NCBI RefSeq assembly: GCF_006345805.1
Contig: NC_043006.1
Span: 14,880,001-14,944,000 of the forward strand
From: Octopus sinensis
Taxonomy: Eukaryota
Length of the DNA: 64,000 nt
Direction: 5' to 3'
The notes under the pieces: model-generated
Database searches by the model: none
Told to the model about the DNA's origin: nothing
The model's input: the letters and a program-made list of their open reading frames with translations, nothing else
Part shown: piece by piece, positions 37,107 to 48,925 of the stretch
How the letters are laid out: each line of letters begins with the position of its first letter
Numbering within the stretch: position 1 is the first letter of the stretch
Position numbers and translations under genes: made by a program

Positions 37107-37278
37107 AATTGAGATAGGGGTTGTAAATGCAACCCACCATGGGATAACGTATATCCAATATACTGCTAGTGAAGTACCCAACAAAGTTAATGCATAAATG
37201 TTAATGATTGCGATGCAATCAATTCATTTACTGTATTATATGGGCAAAGGTAAAATGATTTACCACAAATTACTAATA

Positions 37279-37553
37279 CAAATAAGAAAATGGAGAAATA
37301 CATCTAAATCAAATATCAATTACCAGATAATACTCAATCACATACTTTATTGAACCACCACATAAGAGACTGTAGGGTTAAATATAAAAAGCAGAACAAA
37401 TCAGTGTACATAAAGGAAAGAGTAATGTTGTATAATAAGTGGAATGTATATATTAAACCTACAGTCTCTTATGTGGTGGTTTAATAAAGTATGTAATTGA
37501 GTATTATCTGGTAATTGATATTTGATTTAGTTGTATTTCTCCATTTTCTTATT

Positions 37554-37555
<2 letters not shown>
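37279..37555. repeat. 98-bp inverted repeat with 81-bp spacer, next to (TA)n
   Basis: Arms at 37279-37376 and 37458-37555; 3 mismatches. Confidence 0.85.
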
Positions 37556-37601
<46 letters not shown>

Positions 37602-37642
37602 TATAAATATATATATATATACATATATATACATATATATAC

Positions 37643-37675
<33 letters not shown>

Positions 37676-37676
37676 G

Positions 37677-38626
37677 GGAAAAATTTTTTTTTAAATGCAG
37701 AATGCTCAAATGAAAGAAAATTTTAATAAAATGAGAAAATGATAAAATATATAAATATATATTTATTCAACCGGTTTTCGTCATTGTATGACTTGTCAAG
37801 AATATTTATGTTTTAAGAAGTTTTTTTAAAAATTAGAAAGGGGAAAAAAAGAAAATTGCATTGTTTTTTGTAAAAGAATAATGATAAAAATGTACAAAAA
37901 TTAAAAAAAATTAAAAAATAAGTTCTCCGATACATTGTGAGTTCGTTGTGTATCTTGAGTTTTATGGTTGTTTACCAAAAAATTACCTTGAGGTGTTAAG
38001 AGCATGTGATGTGTTGTGTTGTTAAATTCAGCATGTTGCAGGACAGGAAGTAGTAGTAATTGTGGTCCTGGTTCTTCAGCTCCTGTGTTGTGAGTAAGGG
38101 GAGACAACTCTTTTGAGTTCTTCAATAAAACCCAAATTATAAAACTATCATTTTAGTTTTATAATTTGGTTTTATTGAAGAACTCAAAAGAGTTGTCTCC
38201 CCTTACTCACAACACAGGAGCTGAAGAACCAGGACCACAATTACTACTACTTCCTGTCCTGCAACATGCTGAATTTAACAACACAACACATCACATGCTC
38301 TTAATCCCTTTGGATCTTAACACCTCAAGGTAATTTTTGGTAAACAACCATAAAACTCAAGATACACAACGAACTCACAATGTATCGGAGAACTTATTTT
38401 TTAATTTTTGTACATTTTATCATTATTCTTTTACAAAAAACAATGCAATTTTCTTTTTTCCCCTTTCTAATTTTTAAAAAAACTTCTTAAAACATAAATA
38501 TTCTTGACAAGTCATACAATGACGAAAACCGGTTGAATAAATATATTTTATATATTTTATCATTTTCTCATTTTATTAAAATTTTCTTTCATTTGAGCAT
38601 TCTGCATTTTAAAAAAAATTTTTTCC
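37677..38626. repeat. 950-bp palindrome (arms ~470 bp, 6-nt loop TCATTT at 38148-38153)
   Basis: Arms differ mainly in homopolymer lengths and one 16-nt insertion in the right arm. Confidence 0.9.
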
Positions 38627-38676
38627 TTACTTATCATTTCTCCACGTGCGGTCAACACAACCCCACCATTTATTGA

Positions 38677-38718
<42 letters not shown>

Positions 38719-38793
38719 TATATACATATATATATATACATATATATATATACATATATATATATATACATATACATATACATATATATATAC

Positions 38794-38824
<31 letters not shown>

Positions 38825-39088
38825 GCAATTAAGGACAACTACTTAATAAGGAAAACTTAACAAGAAATTGTCAGGTAGATAGCGTGAAAACCTCATAAGA
38901 GAATAAATTTCGAAAATAATTATTTCTTATTGAACATATTAATTTATATATAGAGGGCATTATACATACATGCCAGAGGGCATTATACATACATGCCACA
39001 CGCTAAGAGGGACAATTAGTCATTTCTACCAAAAATATTACTAATCCCACCGAATGCAATTTTTCAAAGTAAGACATTTAAAAAATAT

Positions 39089-39136
39089 AGACCTGTATCA
39101 CAGTGATTTCATACTTACGTATTCATCAGCAGGCCT
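39089..39136 (-). ncRNA. Type I minimal hammerhead ribozyme, copy 1
   Basis: aggcctg-CTGATGA-atac(gtaa)gtat-GAAA-tcac(t)gtga-T-A-caggtct; complete core; predicted cleavage between 39096 and 39095. Confidence 0.85.
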
Positions 39137-39557
39137 GAATGTATCATAAATAAACGACCCTGCCCCGCTTAAGCCGATCAGCTAACTGATCAACATCAAC
39201 GAAGCACATGGGTGAGTTTACATATATTACATCCTGTAAATGGCATACTTTACGAATTGCATTTCGGAAAGGAAAAGTTTTTTCGGAATAAAAATTTAGC
39301 AATTAAGGACAACTACTTAATAAGGAAAACTTAACAAGAAATTGTCAGGTAGATAGCGTGAAAACCTCATAAGAGAATAAATTTCGAAATAATTATTTCT
39401 TATTGAACATATTAATTTATATATAGAGGGCATTATACATACATGCCAGAGGGCATTATACATACATGCCACACGCTAAGAGGGACAATTAGTCATTTCT
39501 ACCAAAAATATTAAATTCCACCGAATGCAATTTTCAAAGTAAGACATTTAAAAAATA

Positions 39558-39605
39558 AGACCTGTATCACAGTGATTTCATACTTACGTATTCATCAGCA
39601 GGCCT
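39558..39605 (-). ncRNA. Type I minimal hammerhead ribozyme, copy 2
   Basis: Identical 48-nt motif; predicted cleavage between 39565 and 39564. Confidence 0.85.
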
Positions 39606-39701
39606 GAATGTATCATAAATAAACGACCCTGCCCCGCTTTAAGCCGATCAGCTAACTGATCAACATCAACGAAGCACATGGGTTGTTTATTTATAACATT
39701 C

Positions 39702-39749
39702 AGGCATGCTGATGAATACGTAAGTATGAAATCACTGTGATACAGGTCT
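39702..39749 (+). ncRNA. Type I minimal hammerhead ribozyme, copy 3 (inverted)
   Basis: Same motif with one helix I mismatch (A at 39706). Confidence 0.8.
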
Positions 39750-39894
39750 CTATTTTTAAATGTCTTACTTTGAAAAATTGCATTCGGTGGGATTAGTAAT
39801 ATTTTGGTAGAAATGACTAATTGTCCCTCTTAGCGGTGTGGCATGTATGTATAATGCCCTCGATATATAAAATATATATATATATATTATATAG

Positions 39895-39930
<36 letters not shown>

Positions 39931-39959
39931 ACATATATTATATATATAATATAGAACAT

Positions 39960-40335
39960 ATTCTACATATCTTTCTCGCCTACGCTCCAGGGAATAGAGC
40001 TTTAATCTCTTGAGTCTCTCCCAGTAGCTCGTATGCTGCACAGAGGCTATCTTCTTCATTAGCTTCGTTGGATCGCCTCAGTTCTGTGATCAACTTGACA
40101 CTGGATGGTGACCATAGCTGAGAGCAATAGTCAAAGTGGCTTAGGACAGTGTCTCCAGAGACCATCATGGTTTCTTGTTCTCTTGTTCTAAAGGTTCTAA
40201 GAATCCAGCCAGCCAGCCGTCGGCATTTCATTGTCGTTTAGCAACATGTACATGAAAGGTCGCGTCATCACTCAGTGTGAATACCCAGGTCACGCACTGA
40301 TTGTGCCTCTGGATGGCAATCCTCGGGGCAGTGTA
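39960..40335 (-). mobile_element. CR1/L2-like LINE RT C-terminal fragment
   Basis: GWILRTFRTRE...LSHFDYCSQLWSP...YWERLKRLKLYSLERRRERY. Confidence 0.85.
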
Positions 40336-40375
40336 TTCCAGTGTAATATAATATATATACATATATTTATATATA

Positions 40376-43300
40376 TCTTTTACTCTTTTACGTTTCAGCC
40401 ATCCGGCTGAGGCCATGCTGGGGCACCGCCCTTGTTTGCTACCCTCTCTAAGGCCAGTTGCCGTGGCTGGCCACTGATCTAAGAGAGAGTTTGTAGCTGC
40501 TGCCCTTAGGTTACTTCGTACCTTGCAGTGGGTTCATCTGGGGATCCCGGAAAGAGCTGGCTAGATGTTTTTTGAAAATGTCCACATCCGCATCATGTAG
40601 ATCTCTAGTTTTCTTGGCAGTTTGTTGAAAAGCTGAGGGCCCTGACCCCAGGCTATTACAGTATCTGCTCCTTACCCTGGATGTGGAAGACGGGACCTTT
40701 GGCACCACACAGGTGACGTCCTGTACGGGGATGGAACAGCTCTCAATTCCAAAATTTGTGCTAGTCCCTCCAGAATTTTCCATATGTATATCACTGACAA
40801 TCTCTCTCGTCTTCGTTCCAAGGAGTACAAATTGAGTTCCCTAAGCCTCTCCCAATAGTTCTTTTCTTTCATGGCGAAATCCTCTGGTGAAATGTCTTGG
40901 ATTGTCTCAAGCTCTGTGGTTAGTTTGACACTATGCGGTGACCACAGTTGGGAGCAGTAGTCCAGGCGGGAGACAAATGTCCTCATAGTGTCAACATGGT
41001 CTCGCAGTTCTTGTCCGGAATGTCCTCAGGATCCAGCCAGTGAGTCGTCTGCACATTGTCGCCACCCTTCGCGATGTGTGAGAAAGATGCATCGTCACTC
41101 ATGTCTATCCCAGGTCCGTATTGATTTTGATACTGGGATTCGATCCCTCCTGGACAAGTATCGTTGTGTTGTAATGTATATGTGTTCACAGCTTGATACT
41201 GCAAGGCCTGAAATTTACCAGCATAAATTGCATGTTGTTGTCTTCAGCCCATTGTATATGGCATCCAGATCTTGTTGTAAAAGGTCAGCATCAGCTGGGT
41301 TTTTGATTGCCTGTGCTACCTTTGTGTCATCAGCATAGCTAGTGAGGATGTTGTTTGTGCTACAAGGGCATGTCAGAGAGCGCCACCAAAAACAGCAAGG
41401 TCCCAGACTTGGCCCTGTGGCACCCCGCTTGCTATTGGTGTCTTTCCCGAGAGGGCTCCATTGGCTGCAACCATCTGGCTTCTGTCCTTCAGGAAGTCAT
41501 GTATCCACTCACTACTTTTCCTGTTATGCCGAGTCTGAGTAAGTAATTTGTGACATATCACTCCGTGGTCGACTTTGTCAAATGCCTTCGCAAAGTCGAG
41601 ATACACCACATCCACCTGTGAGCGATCCAGTAGTTGTTTCAGTACCCAGTGTAGTGTGTTGTAACAGCTGCGTAAGGCCGCTTCTTCCTGGGCGAAAGCC
41701 ATGCTGTGTGTCCGTGAGACGGTTAGTTCTTCGAGGAACGTGATCAGTTTTTTTCTGATGATTCGTCCATGACCTTACTTATGTGTGACGGCAGGGAGAC
41801 TGGCCTGTAGTTTTTGGCCTCTGCTCTACTCCCTCCTTTATGGATAGGGCATATGGTGCCTTCTTTTAGCGCCCTGGGCAGTACCGTTAGCCAGGAACCA
41901 CCTGAAGAGCTTCTTCAGTGGTCCCGCTAGGGCATGCCTGCATGTTTTTAGGAGGACTGCTGGAATCCATCTGTCAGCAGCTGAGTTATTCTCATTGTCT
42001 TCTATGGCAGATATTACATCCTCTCTGTTTGTCTCTGATGGTCGCCTGGTGTTGTTTGGTTTTGGAGTGTTGTGGCCTCAAGAAAACTCTGGGTTTGTGA
42101 TTTGCATGTGCCCCAGAGGGGATGTGAACCCACTTTTATACTGTTCCTTTAGTATTTCACTGTTCCTTAGTATTTCACTTATCCCTTGGGGGTCCTCAGT
42201 TAGAGAGCCCTTTTTATCAAAGAGGGGGCCAATCTTGCAGTGTACCGAGGTGGTTTCTTTCGCAAATTTAAGAAGGCTTTAGGGTTTGTTTTAATATTCT
42301 CTATGGCCCGGCTTCTCTCTCTGCTCTGCCCTCTCCTTCTCATAGGAAAGTTTGAGTGCAGTTTCCGTTTCAAAAAGTTTCAGGGGAGTCCCTCATTGTT
42401 TCTCTGCCGTGCATTCAGTTGCTTCGAGAGCTTAGCTCTTCGCCTCATAAGTATTTCCTGTCTCTGGAATAACGTTCCTATGCCCGCTGGCTTTTTTCTC
42501 CGGGACAAACTTATGGCATATGTTCTGTATGTTGTCATGAAATGTTGGAAATGTGTGTTGGTGTCTTGTGTGGTGATGAAGTCACTCCAGTCATGTTTTC
42601 AGATCTCTTCGTTGATCTTCTTCCAGTTTGCCTTATGGAAGTTTAGACTGGATAGGCCTGTGGTATTTTCTAATGGCTGCGTCTCAACTAACTCTCTCAT
42701 ACCATATATCATTACCTCTACTAGTTGTGATCTGAGAGAATTGTTGGTGTTACCATTATGTTGTGGATGAGCATCGGGTTGCTTGTGAAACAGAGGTCCA
42801 AGACATTCTCACCTCTTGTTGGCCAAAGCACTGCTTACTCCATGAAAAACTTGCGTGTGAGAGCCAACAAGGACTCTGTATGTCTCTGTTCAAGTGATGT
42901 CATTCCAGGGAGGAGATGGCCATCTGGCCATTTGACTTTCGGAAGGTTAAATCTCCCAGCAGTAGAATGGTGTTACCCTGGTCCAGTTTGTCCAGACTTT
43001 TCTATTCTTCTGAGCTATCTTCAAACACTCCTTCATGACTAGGTGTCCTGGTGGCCGATATGTGACACATATTACTATTTTCGGTTGTTCATGTGTACTA
43101 TCAGTTTGTCACAGACTGATTTTGAGTGTGTCAACTTACTATGTTGTGACATCTTCACGGACGTACAGGGCAACCCCACCATGAGTTCTTTCCGTCCTGT
43201 CCGACCGAAAAACAGTATACTTCGGTATGTGTATTTCTGCATCTGCTATACTGCTTGACAGGGCGTTTCAGTCAGCGCTATGCATATTGCATGTTGCTGT

Positions 43301-43380
43301 GCTCAAGTCCCTAAGTAAGGAATTTTACCCATATTAGTGGGTTCCCAGACCTCTGACATTCAGCAGAAGCACTGGTGAGA
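40376..43380 (-). mobile_element. ~3-kb CR1/L2-like LINE with APE endonuclease and RT, heavily frameshifted
   Basis: Endonuclease motifs FRSDR..RTHGGVALYV and YRPP (~43050-43260). RT motifs QHGF, VDVVYLDFAKAFDKVDHG, SGVPQG, SYADDTK. C-terminus YWERLRELNLYSLERRRER. 3' tail (AGTAAA). Confidence 0.9.
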
Positions 43381-43399
43381 CACCCGGTGGTGTCAATAA

Positions 43400-43783
43400 G
43401 GCTGACATCTATATATATATATATCATATATATATATAATATATATAATATATATATATATATATATTATATAATATATTATAACTATATATACATATAT
43501 ATATTACATATATATATACATATATATATACATATATATATACATAATATATACATATATATACATATATATATATATATACATATATATATACATATAT
43601 ATATACATATAATATACATATATAATATATATAATATTATACCTAATATATATACATATATATACATATATATATATATATAATATATATATTATATATT
43701 ATCATATATATATACATATATATATAATACATATATATATACTATATATACATATATATATACATATATATATATATACATAT

Positions 43784-43824
<41 letters not shown>

Positions 43825-44066
43825 TATATACATAATATAATATATATCATATATATATCCATATATTAACATATAATATACATATATATATACATATATA
43901 CATATATATATACATATATATATACATATATACATATATATATATACATATATATAGATATATACATATATATATATATATACAATATATATACATATAT
44001 ACATATATATACATATATACATATATATATACATATCTATATATATATACATATATATATATATAT

Positions 44067-44120
<54 letters not shown>

Positions 44121-44122
44121 TA

Positions 44123-44163
<41 letters not shown>

Positions 44164-44190
44164 TATATTATATATATATATATATAATAC

Positions 44191-44227
<37 letters not shown>

Positions 44228-44288
44228 TCTACATATAATATATAATACATATATATATACAATATATATATATACATATATATATATA

Positions 44289-44368
<80 letters not shown>

Positions 44369-44460
44369 ATATACATATATATATATATAATACATATATA
44401 TATATATACATATACATATATATATTATAATATATATATATATATATATAAACATATACA

Positions 44461-44495
<35 letters not shown>

Positions 44496-44507
44496 GATAT
44501 ATATATC

Positions 44508-44540
<33 letters not shown>

Positions 44541-44714
44541 CATCATCATCATCATCATCATTTAGCGTCCGTTTCCATGCTAGCATGGTTGGACGGTTCT
44601 ACTGGGGTCTGTGAAGCCAGAAGGCTTCATCAGGCCCAGTCAAATCTGTGCAGGGCCTGATGAAGCCTTCTGGCTTCACAGACCCCAGTAGAACCGTCCA
44701 ACCCATGCTATAAT

Positions 44715-44764
<50 letters not shown>

Positions 44765-44777
44765 ATATACATATTAT

Positions 44778-44824
<47 letters not shown>

Positions 44825-44910
44825 CATATAATATAAATATATATAAATATATATTATATATCTATCTATAATGTATATATATATATATTATGTATATATA
44901 TATATATATA

Positions 44911-44964
<54 letters not shown>

Positions 44965-44975
44965 ATAATAATTTG

Positions 44976-45013
<38 letters not shown>

Positions 45014-45040
45014 TATTATATATTTATATATTGTTATATA
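43400..45040. repeat. ~1.6-kb degenerate (TA)n/(TACA) microsatellite, containing a folded-back RTE-tail fragment at ~44541-44710
   Basis: Direct reading of the sequence. Confidence 0.95.
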
Positions 45041-45092
45041 GCGGGTTGGACGGTTCTACTGGGGTCTGTGAGCCAGAAGGCTTCATCAGGCC

Positions 45093-45192
45093 NNNNNNNN
45101 NNNNNNNNNNNNNNNNNNNNNNNNNNNNNNNNNNNNNNNNNNNNNNNNNNNNNNNNNNNNNNNNNNNNNNNNNNNNNNNNNNNNNNNNNNNN
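45093..45192. other. Assembly gap (100 N)
   Basis: Run of N. Confidence 1.
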
Positions 45193-45465
45193 GATTAGCT
45201 CAAATTTATCCTCGTTCAGCAGCATATTGTTTGTGTTTTCTGCCCATTGGATAACAGCAGTAGATCTGACTGAAGGCATGTCCGGTCACTCGCCTTATTT
45301 ATGACCTTCTGTAGCTTGGAGTCATCTGCAAAGATTTTATGTTGCTGTGCTTGATAATGTCATTAATGTCATTAATGTAAATGATGAAAAAAGTGGCCCA
45401 GCACAGTGCCTTGCGGAACGCCACTACTGACTTTGGCTGGGCTTGATTTTACCCCTTCAAACTAC
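45193..45465 (-). mobile_element. LINE RT fragment (different subfamily)
   Basis: SGVPQGTVLGPL.FIIYIND...IFADDSKL...NMLLNEDKFELI, with indels. Confidence 0.85.
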
Positions 45466-45590
45466 AACATATATATACATATATATATATATACATATAT
45501 ATACATATATATACATATATATACATATATATATATACATTATATATATAATATATACATATATATATATACATATATATATATATACAT

Positions 45591-45622
<32 letters not shown>

Positions 45623-45653
45623 TATATATACAATATATATATATGTATACATA

Positions 45654-45705
<52 letters not shown>

Positions 45706-45881
45706 TATATATATATATATATATATATGTATATCTATATATATATGTATATATATATATGTATATATTATATATATGTATATATATATATATGTATATA
45801 TATATACTATATGTATATATATATATTGATAGATCGTTAGCCACTACACACGTTTTTCTCTCCTTGTTTCTTTCTATGTTC

Positions 45882-45917
45882 CTTTCTGTAGAAGAGCGTA
45901 GGTTCGAAACGTAAAAG
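45882..45917 (+). ncRNA. Hammerhead-like motif (A6U, extra A) in a short (TA)n-flanked repeat
   Basis: cttt-CTGTAGA-A-gagc(gtag)gttc-GAAA-cg-T-A-aaag. Confidence 0.4.
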
Positions 45918-46049
45918 ACTTTTTCTATTCCTGAGCGTTATACTAATACATCTGTTTGTTTTGTGCACCACCTGTCTTCGTCTTTTGTCTTTTTTTTCGT
46001 AAACTCTCCCTATATAATATATATATATATATATTGATTGATTGATTGA

Positions 46050-47790
46050 TTGATTGAATAAAGTAAAAACATGATCTGGTTTTCAGCTTTTTTTATTATT
46101 GTATTTTAAAAACTATTTTACAATGTTGAAGTGTGTTAAACATTAAAAAATATCTTGTAATGTTCATAAAATCCAGTTAACGCTTCATACGTTCGTAGTA
46201 ATCATCGGATTTCAAAATGTATCTAAATGGCAGTTGAGTTCTTGACAACTGGAGAAAAATGACTGACTTTAGCCTTTTCATACCTCTTAGAAGGCTCCAT
46301 CAAGCTTTGACAGTTTAAGCGTCACGGTTTGTCTGGCATAGATCCCGCCTATCTTGCTGTTTACATGTAATGGTTTTATGGTTGAGCAAGCTTAGCTGGT
46401 TTCGATTGTTTTAGAATTGAAAGGATCTCTGCTCAAACAAAAACACCCTCTCTTACTTATAGAAAATAGCATACAAGGAGCAAAGAGAGACTTATAGAAC
46501 AACTTAGGGCAACACGAGAAGGAGGAACCCATCAACGGAACACAATATCATTTCTAGTAACACACAATCGGTATCACCAAAACATTTTTAACATCATCAA
46601 AATAAATTTGCCAATCATGAAACAAAGTGAAAAAAACCCAAAAAAACATAATTAATCAAACACTTATCTTAAGCAAAAGGCAGTCACATAACCTAAAGAA
46701 ACTATTAACAAAGATAAAATTTAGTATGAACAAGCAGGATAAAACATTCACTGTATCAAAGTGTAATGATAACAGATGTGGAACGTGTCAATACATGCAT
46801 ACGTGTAGATCCGTCAGAACACACACAAAAAAAAAGGGACAGATTTTCGCAAATGCAGATATGTACTGCAAAAGCAGAAATTTGATCTACTGTAGTAAAT
46901 GCCTGAATTGCGAGGAATTATATATAAGTTAGACAGAAAATGCATTATCGGTACACTCCGAGTCCTCAGACAACAAATCCGGAACAGATTTTTGCAAATG
47001 CAGATATGAACTGCAAAAGCAGAACTTTGATCTGCTGCATTAAATGCTCTAATTGCGAGGAATTATATATTGGCGAGACAGGGAATGCATTATCGGAATG
47101 CTCACGAGTCCACAGACAACAAATCTGGAACACTAATGTTCGTCAAAATTCCATTGAGCGAACATATAGAAACTTGTGGTCAGAAAATATTTCTAATTTT
47201 TCCTTTCCACAAACTTCATTACACGAGTGAGGTTGGAAGAAAGATAAAAGAAAAACGTTTCGTTAAAATGTTCAAACCTGTTCTGAACGGAAATAACAAC
47301 AATAATATAACGACCAGTTAATGATGTGGATTAAAAAAATATCTTTAACATATGAATATAAATAAATTACAGAAGACTCCCACCAACTGAAATAAAAACG
47401 ATCGAAACCAACTAAGTTTCCTCTCTCATAAAACCATTACATGTAAACTGCAAGCTGGGTGGTTAAAATAAAGGCGGGATCGATACCAGTAATATCGGTG
47501 CACCCGACAAATCGTGACGTTTAAGCTGCATGCGGATTAATTAAAACCGTAATTGAAAAATCCAGCTTGTTGGAGCCTTCTAAGAGGTATAAAAAGGAAG
47601 AAGTCAGTTAAAGCCATTTTGAAATCTGACGATTACTACGAACGTATGAAAGCGCTAATTGGACTTTATGAACATTCGAGATATTTTTAACGTCTAAGAC
47701 ACTTCAACATTCTAAAAATAAAAAAAAAAAATACAATAATAAAAAGCATGAAAACCAGACCAGGTTTTAACTTTATTCAACTGATATATT
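46050..47790 (+). mobile_element. 5'-truncated Penelope-like element: inverted pLTR + ORF 3' end (Cys motif and GIY-YIG) + pLTR
   Basis: KCNDNRCGTC...CKSRNLIYC..C..CEELYIGETGNAL...VHRQQI...PLSEHI...EKRFVKMFKPVLN* (stop ~47321). 46054-46385 is a diverged reverse complement of 47416-47786. Internal ~145-bp duplication. Confidence 0.8.
47623..47660 (+). ncRNA. Minimal hammerhead-like motif in the Penelope pLTR
   Basis: aat-CTGACGA-ttactacgaacgtat-GAAA-gcgc-T-A-att. Helix III is the palindrome AGCGCT; helix I is weak. Confidence 0.55.
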
Positions 47791-47820
47791 ATTCTATACG
47801 CATTTACGCAAATCCGGAAT

Positions 47821-47865
<45 letters not shown>

Positions 47866-47994
47866 ATGAACATGATTCTCGTCATCAGCATTCAAATCTA
47901 CATCAGTGTGGAAAATATGAAAAAAAAAAATCTGTGGTTGGAAAGAATTTAAAAAAGATTCATAAAATATTATTCTTACATTTTAATCCTTTCT

Positions 47995-48475
47995 ACTGAA
48001 AAGACAAAGCCTGAAATTTTGGGGGGAAGGGACGAAAGGATGAAAAGCAAAGTCGACCTCGGCGGAATTTGAACTCAGAACGCAGCAGGAGATGAAATAC
48101 CTATTTCTTTACTACCCACAAGGGGCTAAACACAGAGGGGACAAACAAGGACAGACATAGGTATTAAGTCGATTACATCGACCCCAGTGCGTAACTGGTA
48201 CTTAATTTATCGACCCCGAAAGGATGAAAGGCAAAGTTGACCTCGGCGGAATTTGAACTCAGAACGTAGCGGCAGACGAAATACCTATTTCTTTACTACC
48301 CACAAGGGGCTAAACACAGAGGGGACAAACAAGGACAGACAAACGGATTAAGTCGATTACATCGACCCCAGTGAGTAACTGGTACTTAATTTATCGACCC
48401 CGAAAGGATGAAAGGCAAAAGTCGACCTCGGCGGAATTTGAACTCAGAACGTAGCGACGGGCGAAATACCGCGAA
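47995..48475 (-). mobile_element. Tandem SINE type A array (period ~184 bp)
   Basis: Junction gaaatac|ctatttctttactac at 48101 and 48285. Confidence 0.85.
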
Positions 48476-48925
48476 GTACTTTCACCCATATGCATTATAT
48501 TATATTGTCATGAGAATGCGACCCCCAACCTTCACCTCAACAGGCAAGAGATTTGAGTTGATAATATGAAGGATGGTGGTGGTGGTGGTGGTGGTGGTGG
48601 TGGGGACGGTATAAGCGTGACTACTATCTCCCGGAGAGTATTATTTGTTTTATTTTTTCCCCCGTTACTCTCATCTGATCTGTCATCGACTAACGCCCTT
48701 AAAGCAATTATCAACACGAATATGTAATGTAATCAACGGAAAAAACTTCGGGTGCGATTATTATCTAAACAACTGCATGACACGAACACTCACGCAATCT
48801 GTTTAAAACTCTCAGTATAAATAAATAAATAAATAAATAAATAAAGAAAGAAAGAAACAAGGGATGTAACTCCAATTATGGAGATTTTTCTTTTTTTTAA
48901 ACAAATTTTGAGAATTCAGCAAGTC

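Larger units (their letters stand above)
38825..39868 (-). mobile_element. Retrozyme/Penelope pLTR-like locus: ~470-bp tandem direct repeats plus an inverted partial copy, each carrying a hammerhead
   Basis: Units start gcaattaaggacaactac at 38825 and 39299. An inverted ~170-bp copy lies at ~39697-39868. Both ends are flanked by (TA)n. Confidence 0.8.

Noticed and set aside
39960-43380. Many frameshifts in the LINE read as possible programmed frameshifting
   Set aside because: The indels are scattered and numerous, consistent with decay or sequencing error.
44541-45092. Folded-back and re-duplicated RTE tail fragments inside the giant (TA)n tract
   Set aside because: Adjacent to the N gap in low-complexity sequence with single-base dropouts; most likely an assembly artefact.
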